A stretch of 64,000 bases of DNA, from the NCBI GenBank assembly GCA_038087875.1, contig CM075990.1:4590001-4654000 (forward strand). The letters run 5' to 3'. The translations under genes were made by a program, and so were the position numbers. This document shows positions 26,183 through 38,577 of this stretch, in pieces. This DNA is from Malacoraja senta. Taxonomy: Eukaryota. The notes under the pieces were generated by a model. It had not been told where the DNA came from. It saw nothing but the letters and a program-made list of their open reading frames with translations, and made no database searches. Every line of letters starts with the position of its first letter. Positions within the stretch are counted from its first letter, which is position 1.

Positions 26183-26382
26183 NNNNNNNNNNNNNNNNNN
26201 NNNNNNNNNNNNNNNNNNNNNNNNNNNNNNNNNNNNNNNNNNNNNNNNNNNNNNNNNNNNNNNNNNNNNNNNNNNNNNNNNNNNNNNNNNNNNNNNNNNN
26301 NNNNNNNNNNNNNNNNNNNNNNNNNNNNNNNNNNNNNNNNNNNNNNNNNNNNNNNNNNNNNNNNNNNNNNNNNNNNNNNNNN
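26183..26382. other. Assembly gap (200 N)
   Basis: Run of exactly 200 N, typical of a scaffolding placeholder of unknown true size. Confidence 0.99.
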
Positions 26383-27072
26383 TTTTCATGCAACACGGTG
26401 ATTTTATTCCCCGAACTAACGGCAGTATTTTCATGCCAATACGGGGTTAAATTCACCACAAATGAACGTTCCAAAAGATCGCGTTCCTGAAATCCTCACT
26501 CGCAAGATGATTTAAATCCCCATTAATTTACAGGTATTAAACATTCAATTCCTTCCATTTGGCCTGTAAATCCATGAAAATGAGATTTAAAAATTATGTT
26601 ATATTGTGAATTATTGTGTGAATGTTATTTGGACACTTAGGCCATTTAAAAATGTTAATCTATTCTTAAGAAATTGATAGATGTTTAGATCTAGTAATTG
26701 AATTTTGTAATTAGCTACAATTAGGTAACTAACTAATTATATGCTTTACTTTCATGTCTTCGAAGTAAGATTGTTTCATATTTGTTTCAGAATGCTTCAA
26801 TCTATAATAACTGAAAATTTCTTTCAGTTATCATAATTTTTAAGAAAGTTATGGGCTTTTAACTGTCCTCGATCACAGCTTTTGTGTTAAGTCAACGGAA
26901 AAGCAATAGGGAACTAGATGCTAATTCCTGAGTATGATAATGGCCATAACTTTTTTAATACTGAAGATATGAAAGTGAATTAAGTGTCAAATTAAACTTA
27001 TTTTTATGCTTTATCTGATGGGATAAATTGCAGACTTTATTTTTAAAATCTCAAAATTTTGTAACATTGCTA
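26383..27072. mobile_element. AT-rich DNA-transposon-like segment truncated by the gap
   Basis: Abrupt AT-rich block ending ...CAAAATTTTGTAACATTGCTA; partner end not visible. Confidence 0.35.
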
Positions 27073-28899
27073 AATACAGCACCAAAAACTACTTGTAAAT
27101 CTTCAATGGTTTAGTGGAAAGTGAAAACAGCCCCTTTGGTGCACCCAGTCCACACTGACGACTATCGATCAGCCATTCACACTAGTTCTACGTTATCCCA
27201 CTTTTCCATCCACTCCCCACACACCAGTGGCAACTGACCTACAAACCCACACGTCTTTGCGATGTGGAAGGAAACCAGAGCACCACACGGTCACAGGTAA
27301 AAAGTGCAAACTCCACAGACAGCACCCGAGGCTCAGATGGAATTGGGGTCTGTGGCGTCGTGAGACAGCAGCTCTACCAGCTGCGCCACCCTTGTGCCAC
27401 AGTGCTTTAGTCTAAACAAGATGTTCATAACTGTACTCTATTATTCTCCAGTCCTCCAGATATACACTTACTCTTGGGGATGAGATGAAAGACCTTTTAC
27501 CAATATTCAAGGGACACTTGAATGAATGATTACAATTGCTCCACGTCTAACAAGCAAAACTAGGATAGTATTATGTCCAAGGAAGAGATGCACAAATTAA
27601 CATTAAATAGTGCAGTCAAGGTTCGGCAACAATTTAGTTCCCTCTCTCAACTAAACAAATGATTAGTTGAGAGAGGGAAAAAGATAAGTTTTCAGGGAAC
27701 AATAAAATTAGATTGTGTATGTTCTTGAAGATGTTTTTATTGTTTTTAATGTTTATTCTCTGTGGTTTATTTTGTGCTGCTCCAAGGTGAAGTTGATGAG
27801 AGCAATATGCCAGGGGGTAGGAGGAGAAGGTGAGACATAACAAATATTTGCCATGGACAAGATGAGATGAGAGAATTCAAAGGAAGACTACATTCATTTA
27901 GCAGTGATCACTGGCTGAAAAGCCAGAGATAGAACACAAAAAGGGAGGGGTGTGGTAAAGAGAAAGCAGTTTGAATAAAATTCCACTCTGGAGAAAAAAA
28001 TGAAAGAGAATGCAGAGAGAATGACATAACATGGAAAATATTCTGAATAACTCAAAGTTTTCTTAACTGTAGATGTCAATTATTTTTACTCTTTAAAAAA
28101 ACAACCCTCCACCAACCCCCCCCCCCCCCACCCCCCTCCCATGCTTCGATGAACCATAGTTCTGTTCATTCATTATGAAAACAATCTTTTTTTATATACA
28201 AATATTCTTTGGTCAGAATATTTACTGATGCCAAAAGACATGAAGGAGTTCAGTGAACAAATGTTTCTCTCACTTGTATCTTTGTGTGCATTTTAGTTAC
28301 CTTTCACTGACTCGCACTAGGTCTGCATTTTAATCTTAGAATGGCAAGGAGAAGTCTTTTTAATAGCAAGATTCATTCAAAGCCCTCAATTCAAGCATAT
28401 TCTTTTGAATCCGTCTGAAGAAGGGTTTCGGCCCGAAACGTTGCCTGTTTCCTTCGCTCCATAGATGCTGCTGCACCGCTGAGTTTCTCCAGCACTTTTG
28501 TGTATCTTCGATTTTCCAGCATCTGCAGTTCCTTCTTTAACACCTATTCTTTTTCTCCAGACTTGCTTTCTGACCCGCTGAGTTCCCCAGCTTTTTGTGT
28601 CTTTGTCCATATTACTTTGATGAATTATAAAAACACATGCTGCTTATTTAAATTATTACTATAACTAGATATTTTTGCCAAGGACTAGGAAAAGGATAAT
28701 ATTTCAGAGGACAAACAAAAATGCATCTTGCCTATTTATTCCTGAGCTATGCAAGATCCCTGTACGCCAAGCCACAACTAAAATGGTTCCAGTGTTCCAA
28801 TTAAAGGCTTTATGGATAGAAACTTCATAGCTGGATTACCTCCCAGTATGTCATGGGATAATCAAAATTCCACCGATTAAACATTATTAAATCTTTTAA

Positions 28900-29430
28900 T
28901 ACTTTGCACAAGACGTTGGTGAAGCCACATTTGGAGCATTGTCTTCAATTTTGGTCACCTGAACCACACCTATTGGAAAGACGCTGTTAAGCTGGAAAGA
29001 GTGCAGAGAAGATTTACGAGAATGTCGACGGGACTCGAGGGCCTGAGCTATAGGGAGAGATTAGGCAGGCTAGATGTTTAATTCCTTGGAGTGCAGGAGG
29101 ATGAGGGGCGCCCTTACAGAGATGTACAAGATCAGAGGGGAATAGATCGGTAGATACATAGAGTATTTTACCCAGAGTAAGGAAATCAAGAACCAGGGGA
29201 CATAGGTTTATGGTGAGAGGGCAAGATCTAACAGGAATCTGAAGGGCAGCTATTTCACACTGGGTGGTACGTATAAGGAACAAACTGCCAGAGGAGGTAG
29301 TTGAGGCAGATATAACATTCAAAAGATATTGGACAAATACATGGATAGGAAAGGTTTAGAGGGATATGGGCCAAACGCTGGCAGGTGGGAGTAGTGTAGA
29401 TGGGGCATCTTGGTTGACATGGGCAAGTTT
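28900..29430 (+). mobile_element. CR1-type LINE 3' fragment
   Basis: TLVKPHLEHC.QFWSP...KLERVQRRFTRM..GL.GLSY.ERL. Confidence 0.8.
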
Positions 29431-32400
29431 GCCAAAGGGCAAAGTTAATCAGTTTACTGGACTTTATCTTGTACTAAACATTAGTCCCTCTATCATGTAT
29501 CTGTACACTGGGGATGGCTCGATTGTAATCATATATAATCTTTCCGCTGACTGGTTATCTCGCAATCAAAGCTTTTTACTGGACCTTGGTACACTAAACT
29601 ATAAACTAAAGTTGGGCCATCGGGCCCGTTTCCATGCTGTATGACTCCAGGTCTCCCATTGCACTTGTTATTTAATTGAGAAAAAAAACAGCATTGGAAA
29701 ATATGCTTTCTAAAGGGACAAAGAGAACAGACCAACATAAAGGGCAGGAGGATGTGGCCTTTTAAGGATCAAAGGAGATTTTTGTAACGATCCAAATTTA
29801 TGATGAAGGTACTAAATATTATCACAGAGCATTAAGGAAAGGGAAATTGGGCAAAGCAAAGTTGATTATAAGATGGCATGAGGAGGGCTGGCCATACTTA
29901 AAATAGATGCCAGGGTTTTATTTAGAAAAACAGGACACTTACATAGAACTTATATAAATATGCACTGATTCAACAGCAGCAGGGGATTGCATCTCTGGGG
30001 ATCTGCTGAAGGATAGATGCAAATGATGTAGAAAAGAAAGATTTACTGACATGTTCCCAGGGATGAGGGACTAGTTACATGGTGCAAGTCAAGAAGCTGG
30101 GGGAAGTTCTCATTGGAGAAGTTGAGGAGCAAGGTGATGGAAGTATTCAGAAAGCAGCAAGTGTATAGAAAAGCAAAAAGGAAAAGTTTCCCTTAACAGA
30201 AAGGGCAAAAGAACCCAAGTATACACTGGAAAATCTTCATGCAGCACTTAGTTAAGATCAGGAATTCACTGCCTAAAAGGGGGAATGGAAGCAGATCTGA
30301 TTATTATTGTGTTAAGAGAATTGGGCAAGTACCGCAAAGGAACCTCCCAACCCTATTTATTTTCTCTCCTGATAAAACCTCCTTCATTTGCTTTGATTAC
30401 TATTCAAAATCTCAAAGCTGCTTAACCACATCCTCACATTTTAATGCTCCCATTCGAATCATTTCCCCCCCCCACCCTAAGTATTCCTCCAGTGCAGGCT
30501 TCAACATTTGCCCCATCTTTATTGAAGGATTCTTTTTTAAATGTCTCCTCCATCTCAAAAGCAAATACCATATGGACCTGTTACTGAGATGGAATACAGT
30601 TAAGTCACCCACACATTTTTGTTCCTTTGTCCCTAGTCTACTGGATCAAACTTCCCAATATTGAATGAATAAGTTTACTGGCCAAGTATGTACACATACA
30701 AGAAATTTTCCTTAGTGTCACAGCACGACGTACGGTAAAAAAAAAAAAATAATAAAACATAAAACATTAAAACAATAAGAATAAAACATTATATTAAACA
30801 AACACAGCAAAAGGAGGCTACAGACTTTTGGTTATTGAGTAGAGCTACTGCTCGTGGAAAAAAAAAGTTGTTTTTATGTCTGGCCGTGGTGGCCTTTCCC
30901 TTCCAGCTTAGTCCCAAGTCCACACTTTATTCTCAATTATTTCCTTAATTCTCTCATTTCAAGCTCATTTTGCCCAAGACTTAACTGCTGTAGTCACTCA
31001 AACGTTTGACACCAAACTTCCCTTCCTTGTGCCCACATTAATGGATAGTTAATAAATTTAGAGAAAAGACCAAAACCAATTATGGACAGCCACAAATGAC
31101 CTGCGGCAGGGTGGTGCCCTGGTGGGCCCCATTGTTGGCTAGCAAAGGTGTGAACTCAAGAGGGATACAATGTGGAGAGCTGAGAAACCGCTTAAACAAC
31201 TTGGGGGTGGGGGTGGGGGTGGGGGGGGGGGGGCGTAAGGAAGAAAGAGTATAGGCAGAAGTTACTTAAAATTAGAGAATTCAACATTCATACCATTGGG
31301 TTATAAGCTACCAAAGCAGAACATAACTTCCACCTACATTCTCCTCCCCGCCACCCTGGTCGTTTAACCAGTTCCTCGGCTCTCCACATTATATCCCTCA
31401 AGTTCACACCTTCCCCAACCAACAATGGACCCACCAGGGAACCATCCTGCCCGAGGTCAAAAGGTGTAAGAAAGAACTGCAGATGCTGGTTAAAATCGAA
31501 GGTAGACACAAAATGCTGGAGTAACTCAGCGGATGAGAGAAGGAATGGGTGACGTTTCGGATCAAGACCCTTCTACATGGGGCACCGCCCCCTCCCCTGA
31601 CAGTCTGAAGAAGTCTCAACCCGAAACATCGCCCATTCCTTCTCTCCAGAGATGCTGCCTCACCCGCTGAGTTACTCCAGCATTTTGTGTCCCCTGAAGT
31701 CAATTGTGGCTGGCCCTGATTGGTCCTGGTCTTTTCTCACCTCCACCTCATAGAGCGGATCATAGAGCTATGATCCCTACTTTAAACCGAAGAAGAGTTC
31801 TGACTCAAAACATCTCCCATCCATTTTCTCCAGAGATGCTGCCTGACTAGCTGAGTTACTCCAGCACTTGTGTTTATCTTCGGTATAAACCAGCATCTGC
31901 AGTTCTTTATTACTAGTACTAAGTTTGACTGTTTCTGTACACTCCTGACTCCTCACTTCCCTTGTTCTACCCAACCTGCCAAAACTTTGATTTAATTCAG
32001 GACCCTATTCAGTCAATTTTGCCTCCCCCCCCCCCTCCTCACTCCGCGAACTGTGTCCAAGTTCAGCAATCTCCGTGTTAAACTTCATCTATCTTCTCAA
32101 ATCCCCATATGGCCTCGCCTTTCGTTTATCCCTCATTTCTGCCTTACAACAACCAAAATATCTTTACTCGTTCGGGCAACCCCGGGTTCGATCCGGACCT
32201 CGGTTGCTGTCTGTGTGGAGTTTGCACGTTCTTCCAGTGACCGCATGATGTTTCCCTCCGTAGGCTTCGGTTTCAAACATCAGCGGGTTTGTAGCTCTGC
32301 AAATCGCCCCACGTGCAGGGGGGTGGAGTGGATGAGAAAGTGGAATAACAGAACTAGTACGAATGGGTGATCGATGGCTGGCGTGGACTCAGTGAACTGA

Positions 32401-32979
32401 ACAGCCTGTTTCCATGCTGTCTCTAAACTAAATATCTCTAAAATAAACATTAAACACTGGCCTCTTACACACATTCAAACGGATTTTTATTAAAAAAACT
32501 TCCACTGACGATTGTGTCTTCAGTTTCCTGATCCTATAGTTAAAAAAACCCTTCTGCACATTCCTTAAAGTGACACTGTAACTGAGCCTCGGGTCACCTG
32601 TCTTAGTAATATCATCTTGTTATCAAAATTAAACCACACGCGATCACTGTTCAAAGGCCCGTTGTCATATCTGGCCCATAGCTGCAAAGCAGTCTTTCCA
32701 AGAACAACATCATCAGTGCTTTTGGTGGGAAGGAGCCAGGATCACATTCCTTTGACACTGCGTTTTATGGATAAACTGGAAAGTTATTATTATGCCGCCC
32801 TATTGGAGGCTGGGAGGGCTGCTACTTACAGGACTCACATTAACGGGAATCTGTGGGGCATAATGCACTCGCATCCGTGTCAATGGAAACGGCAAAGGAA
32901 AAGTGCCCCTCCCTGCAGCTGCCTTCCTAAGGGGGCAAGAGTCCTTGCAACTCGGCGTGCATTCATTCCTCTGCCTTAC

Positions 32980-33423
32980 CTCCTTTGCAAGGCATCCGAT
33001 GCTGGCTGTGCTGGGCTCGGTAGCCCTCGATCACCTCCCACTCCCCGTTGTCCCTCTTGATGGGGAAGGAGATGGACAGGACGTGGTTGCAGGGTTTGAT
33101 GATCTTCAGGATGCCCCGCACCCCCGCTTGTGCTTCTGCTCGTCCGACTCTCGGCTCCGCAGGTCCTCCACCAACTTGTCCTCCACGATCTTCGCCCCCC
33201 GGTCGAAGAAGCCTTCCACCATGGTGAAGAAGTTGGGGTCGTCCTGCTGGTTGCACGCCGCCGTGGCCGCCGTGGCCGCCGTGGCCTGGGGTGGCTCGCT
33301 GGAGTAACGCCGGCATTGGTGCAGGGCAGCCGGGCCGCCCAGGCGCTGTACACCGCCCTCAGCAGCGGGCGTCAGAGAAGCGGCGGCCCCTCGAGCCAGC
33401 AGCTCGCCTAGGTACCGGTACAT
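32980..33423 (-). CDS. GLUD1: Glutamate dehydrogenase 1, coding exon 1 (mitochondrial presequence and N-terminus); frameshift at ~33121-33125
   Basis: GCCGCC-ATG Kozak context. Reads MYRYLGELL...[28 protein letters not shown]..., then in a shifted frame [47 protein letters not shown]. Ends in phase 1 at a G|GTAAG donor, as in human GLUD1 exon 1. Confidence 0.96.
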
Positions 33424-34130
33424 GGCGGCAGAGGACGCGGGCAGGAGTCACCGTGCTCCGAAAGGGGGACAGGCAGCGCAGCGTCTCTCGCCGGGGCCAC
33501 CGAGAAGCTCAGCCCGTCCCGTCAGTCAGACAGTCCCGCCCCGCCGTTTCACTGGAGCCGCCTCAACGATAAACAGCCCGCAGTCCGCATGCGCCCCGCT
33601 TTAGCAGCCCAGCACCGCGCGTGCGCCCCGGGCCAGGGGGAAGTACGCCGCGGCGCGTGACGTCATGACGGCATGTTGATGCTGCGGAGTGGGCGCGGCC
33701 TGCAGATCTGTCATCATGCGCCCCCGGGCCAGGGTGGGGGCGGGGCCTCACCTTCCCACGCAACGCGTGTCGTCATTGTGGCCGTGGCAGGAGAGGCGGA
33801 GGCTGCGAAGTGGGCGTGGCCGGCTGATCAATCCACTCACTGATCAATCCACTCACATCGGCAGCCCGGCACCGCGCATGCGCCCATGGCGAGGGAGGCA
33901 GGGCGGGGCTATGAGGAAGGCGGGGCTACAACCTCCCACGTGGCGCGCGAATGGCGAGGCGAGGCTGCGAAGCGGGCGTGGCAAGCTGGTCCGGAGCCAC
34001 TTCGGGCATCTCCGGCAATTTCCGTCGTTCAGAGACGTTGGGTTCGCGCTTCCCGCGCCGCTCGGGGGATGTTCGTTCATTTTCGTCAGCTTGCTGTTGC
34101 TGCAGGTAGGGAGGCCGCGGACTTCCGGTA
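33424..34130. promoter_or_regulatory. CpG-island promoter of GLUD1, probably bidirectional
   Basis: CpG-rich from ~33000 to 34130. Full CRE TGACGTCA 33658-33665; GC boxes at ~33737 and ~33901; NRF1-type GCGCATGCGC 33874-33883; E-box CACGTG ~33937; ETS-type ACTTCCGG 34121-34128. Confidence 0.85.
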
Positions 34131-34669
34131 TTGGTGGCTCGCTGTATATTTCTGGCGAATATTTAGTCAGCAATTCTAAAAATAATGTTTGGCATGTGTG
34201 AATTTGTCAATGGCCCGGATGTGATATACTGCATAGCCGCCCTTAACTAAAATATGACTTAATGTCCAGAGTGAGTCAAAGTGCTTGAGTAACTCAGCTG
34301 GTCAGGTTCTTCTTCTTCTTCTTCTTCTTCTTCTTCAAACTGTTATTTGATTCTACTTAATGTCCACGGTGCCAAACCACGGTCCACGGTGGTCAATCTA
34401 GAGACTGAAATACATTCTGCCGTTGCCTCGCCATCCATACCAGTTCTTCAAAATAAAATGGTTGATTCTTAAATTTTAAGTAATTGTCTAATTCTGACCA
34501 TCTGCCAGCCATTCCTCCCTCTTAATAAGAGGAGACAGATGCCATAACAGCATTGAAAAGACACTTGGACAGGTATATGGATAGGGAAGGTTTAGAGGGA
34601 TGCTGACAAACAGGACTTGTGAAGAAGATAGGAACATCTTGGACGGTATAGACAAGTTGGGCTAAAGGA

Positions 34670-35130
34670 ACCTCTCCTGGCATTGGAGAGGGTCCAGAGG
34701 AGGTCTATGGGAATGATCCTGGGGATGATTGGGTTAAAGTATGATGAGCACTCGCTGGAGTTTAGAAGGATGAGGGGGTACCTCGTTGAAGCTTATTGAA
34801 TAGTAAAACGCCTGGATAGACTGGCTATGGAGAGGATGTTTCCACTAGTGGGAGAGTCTAGGACCAGAGGCCACTGCCTCCGAATAAAAGGACGTACCTT
34901 TAGAAAGGAGATGAGGAGGAATTTCTTTAGTCAGAGGGTAGAGAACCTGTGGAATTATTTGCCACAGATGGCTGTGGAGGCCAAGTCATTGGGGATTTTT
35001 AAGGCAGAGATTGACAGATCCTTGATTAGTACGGATGTCAGGGGTTATGGGAGAAAGCAGGAGAATGGGGTTGAGAGGGAAAGATAGACAAGCTATGGCC
35101 AAATTCTGCTCCAATATCTTATTAACATGA
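34670..35130 (+). mobile_element. CR1-type LINE 3' fragment
   Basis: ORF 34827-35087 ERMFPLVGESRTRGHCLRIKGRTFRKEMRRNFFSQRV. Confidence 0.85.
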
Positions 35131-35407
35131 TTGGATTGCAAGGAGAAGCCTGTTTCCAAGTTTTACTGATATTATAACGATAGCACAGTAAACGGAATTG
35201 ATGTATGTATACATTAATATATTAATACATTAACTAATGGATTTCAATGAAGGTAAATGTGAGGTAATCCCCACTTTGAACCTATAGAAGATGGAACACT
35301 TTCAAAATGGTGAAAGGTTGGAGTCAGTGAAACGTCTTGGGTCCCATGTACGCAGATCATTAAAGTGATCATGACTGTGTGGCTAGGTTCAGCTCCAACT
35401 CGATAAT

Positions 35408-36024
35408 CGCCTTTACCACCTCAGGCAATTGAGGAAATTCAGAGTGTCTCCGAGGATCCTCCAGTGCTTCTACTCAGCGGCTGTGGGAAGCATCTTGTCT
35501 GGAAATATCACAATCTGGTTTGGGAATTGCTCTGCCCAGGACAAGAAGGCTCTGCAGAGAGTAGTGCATTCGGCCGAACGCACTATGGGAACTTCACTCG
35601 CCCCTCTGCAGGAACTATACATCAGGAGGTGCAACTCCAGAGCCAATAGGATCATGGGAGACCCCTTCCACCCCTGCAACGGACTTCCAGCTGCTACGGT
35701 CAGGCAAACGCCTCCGTTGCCATGCTGTGAGAACGGAGAGGTTGAGAAGGAGTTTCTTCCCAGAGGCCATTAGGACTGTAAACTCCTATCTCACCAGGGA
35801 CTAACTTTACTGTACCACTCTACTGTTTTGTTTTTTTATTGCTGTTTTTTTTTCCCTTTTTCCTTCCGCCCACAATATTTAATATGTAAAAGAGTATGTG
35901 ATTCTGTTCCATTCTGTTTGTAGTTTGTTTGTTTGTTTTATGCACAAAGTCCACGAGCATTGCCACTTTTCAATTCACTGCACATCTCGTATGTGTATGT
36001 GACGAATAAACTTGACTTGACTTG
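35408..36024 (+). mobile_element. Rex1/Babar-type LINE 3' fragment, different subfamily
   Basis: LRKFRVSPRILQCFYSAAVGSILSGNITIWFGNCSAQDKKALQRVV; ends AATAAA followed by (CTTGA)n. Confidence 0.8.
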
Positions 36025-38082
36025 TAATGGATGGAAATGGAAAATAATCAAAAGGGCCTTTACAAGAAAACAATGAGCTGGAAGTTATGCTACAAATATT
36101 CAATGTTCTGGTTAGACCACACCTGAAGTCTTCTTCTCCAAATCTTGGGACAGATATGTTGGCCTGGAAGGGAATGTAGAGTGCATTTGCCAGAATAAAA
36201 CAAGAGCTCCGAGGTTTAAATTATAAAGATATATATGTCAAGGAGCATGAGGTCTTTGAATAATAAGACGGCAAGTGGTAACAGCTGAGTTCTAGCAAAA
36301 CCCAATGAGGCATCAGTGAGTAGATTATTGATGAGTAAGTGCTGCTTGATAGATCTGTTGATAATACTTCCCTTCAGTTTGGTGATGATTTAGAAAAGGC
36401 TGATTCGGTGATGATTCCCAGGATTGGATTGGCCCTGCTTTTTGTGAACAGATCCAATCCTAGATTAGTTTAGTTTATTGTCATGTGAAGGGAATTATCA
36501 CCCAATCATTATTTTCTCATTATTGTTTAATTGTCATCATGAGATATGGTAGGACAGCAAACCCATTGACAATTTTCAATTTCAGTGAAACAAAACCATT
36601 TTGTCTATTCACAAATCAATCTGCTTTTATTAATCAATTGAACCCATTCTATTTAAAGGGCTAGCCCTCAATTTGCACTCTTTCCCAGTTTACTCCATAG
36701 AACTCTGCAACCTCACCTCTTACACCTACAATAACGTTTCTGCAATTGTATTCTCTGCACCTGACTCTTGCTGCTTGGTGTTGAAATTGCCCACAGACGT
36801 TGGAAGCATCACCATGGTGATATATGACATATGACAATGGTGAGATGAGGTCGTTCTGTGAACTCTTACATCTTCAGATACAGAAGATGGACACAAAATG
36901 CTGGAGTAACTCAGTGGGACAGGCAGCATCTCTGGAGAGAAGGAATGGGTGATGTTTTGGGCCAAGGCCCTTCTTGAGAAGAAGCAAACCCATTGATAAT
37001 TTATTCGGAAGAAGGGTCTCAACCCAAGACGTCACCCATTCCATCTCTCCAGAGAGGCTACCTGTCCCGCTGAGTTACTCCAGCATTTTGTGTCTATCTT
37101 CAGTTTAAACCCGCATCTACTTACAAAATTCTTAAGGGGTTGGACAGGCTAGATGCAAGAAGATTGTTCCCGATGTTGGGGAAGTCCAGAACAAGGGGTC
37201 ACAGTTTAAGGATAAGGGGGAAGTCTGTCTTTTAGGACCAAGATGAGAAAAAAATGTCACACAGAGAGTGGTGAATCTGTGGAATTCTCTGCCACAGAAT
37301 GTAGTTGAGGCCAGTTCATTGGCTATATTTAAGAGGGAGTTAGATGTGGCCCTTGTGGCTAAAGGGATCAGGGGGTATGGAGAGAAGGCAGGTACAGGAT
37401 ACTGAATTGGATGATCAGCCATGATCATATTGAATGGCCTACTCCTGCACCTATTTTCTATGTTTCTATGCAGTTCCTTCCTACACTCTTCAGACACAGG
37501 CTTGCTTGCACATGTGCCCAAACTGCTCTTAAAGATAAAGTAACCATCCTATTCATCTTCCTAGCCTCCGGTTAACTCCAGGCTGTGGTTGCTGATCTCT
37601 GCAACATCTTACAGTTTGCTGCGAGCTGCAGTTTCAGTTCTTCCAGACTCCGTAACTTTTGTTCAGCCACTGGAGCAGGCAAAACTGGCTCAGTGGTTTG
37701 CTGACATTGCAAACTTTTCTGAAGTACAGGCATTTGGAAATCATCGTACTTATGCAGTGTTCAAGGACATCCCTGGCAAGATTGCCAGAGCTGCTGGCAG
37801 AGTCTCCTTGCTCCCCTGTGTGTAATCATATAATTTACATTATAATAATGCTGTTATCATATCATCATTAGGATAACAGCAATAGAATTTAGTAGCGTGC
37901 TGGACAAATATTTAAAAGGATAGAAATCTTTTCAAGGCAGTGGAAAGAGGATAGGGCAAAGAAAATCAGTTAGATTGTACTGTACGTTTAGTTTAGAGAT
38001 ACAGCACGGAAACAGGCCCTTCGGCCCACCAGGTCCCGCCGACCAGCGATCCCCGCACATTAACACTATCCGACACCGACTA

Positions 38083-38577
38083 GTCAAGTCAAGTCAAGAG
38101 AGTTTATTGTCATATGTCCCAGATAGGACAATAAAATTCTTGCATTGCTGCAGCACAACAGGATATTGTAGTCATAAATACAGATCAGATCAGTGTGTCC
38201 ATATACCATAGAATATATATATACACACATCAGTAAACAGATAAAGTGCAATAGGTTGTTATAGTTCATAGTTTGTTTGAAGTTGTGTTTAATGGTCTGA
38301 TGGCTGTGGGGAAGAAGCTGTTCCTGAATCTGGATGTTGCAGATTTCAGGCTCCTGTACCTTCTACCTGATGGCAGCGGAGAGATGAGTGTATGGCCAGG
38401 ATGGTGTGGGTCCTTGATGGTGCTGGCAGCCTTTTTGAGGCAGCGACTGCGATAGATCTCCTTGATGGTAGGGAGGTCAGAACCGATGATGGATTGGGCA
38501 GTGGTTACGACGTTTTGCAGCCTTTTCTGCTCCTGGACGCTCAGGTTGCCGTACCAAGCCACGATGCAACCGGTCAA
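38083..38577 (-). mobile_element. Rex1/Babar-type LINE 3' end
   Basis: Highly similar to 56551-57050, including the 3' UTR and (TTGAC)n tail. Confidence 0.88.

Noticed and set aside
31749..31776. CATAG...CTATG palindrome resembling the footprint family
   Set aside because: No 8-bp TSD and a different terminus, so it cannot be assigned
33689..34201. ORFs within the CpG island
   Set aside because: Expected in GC-rich promoter DNA; no homology recognised
37589..37871. Exon-like unique sequence, considered as an SHLD2 exon
   Set aside because: No recognisable similarity in any frame and no clear donor site
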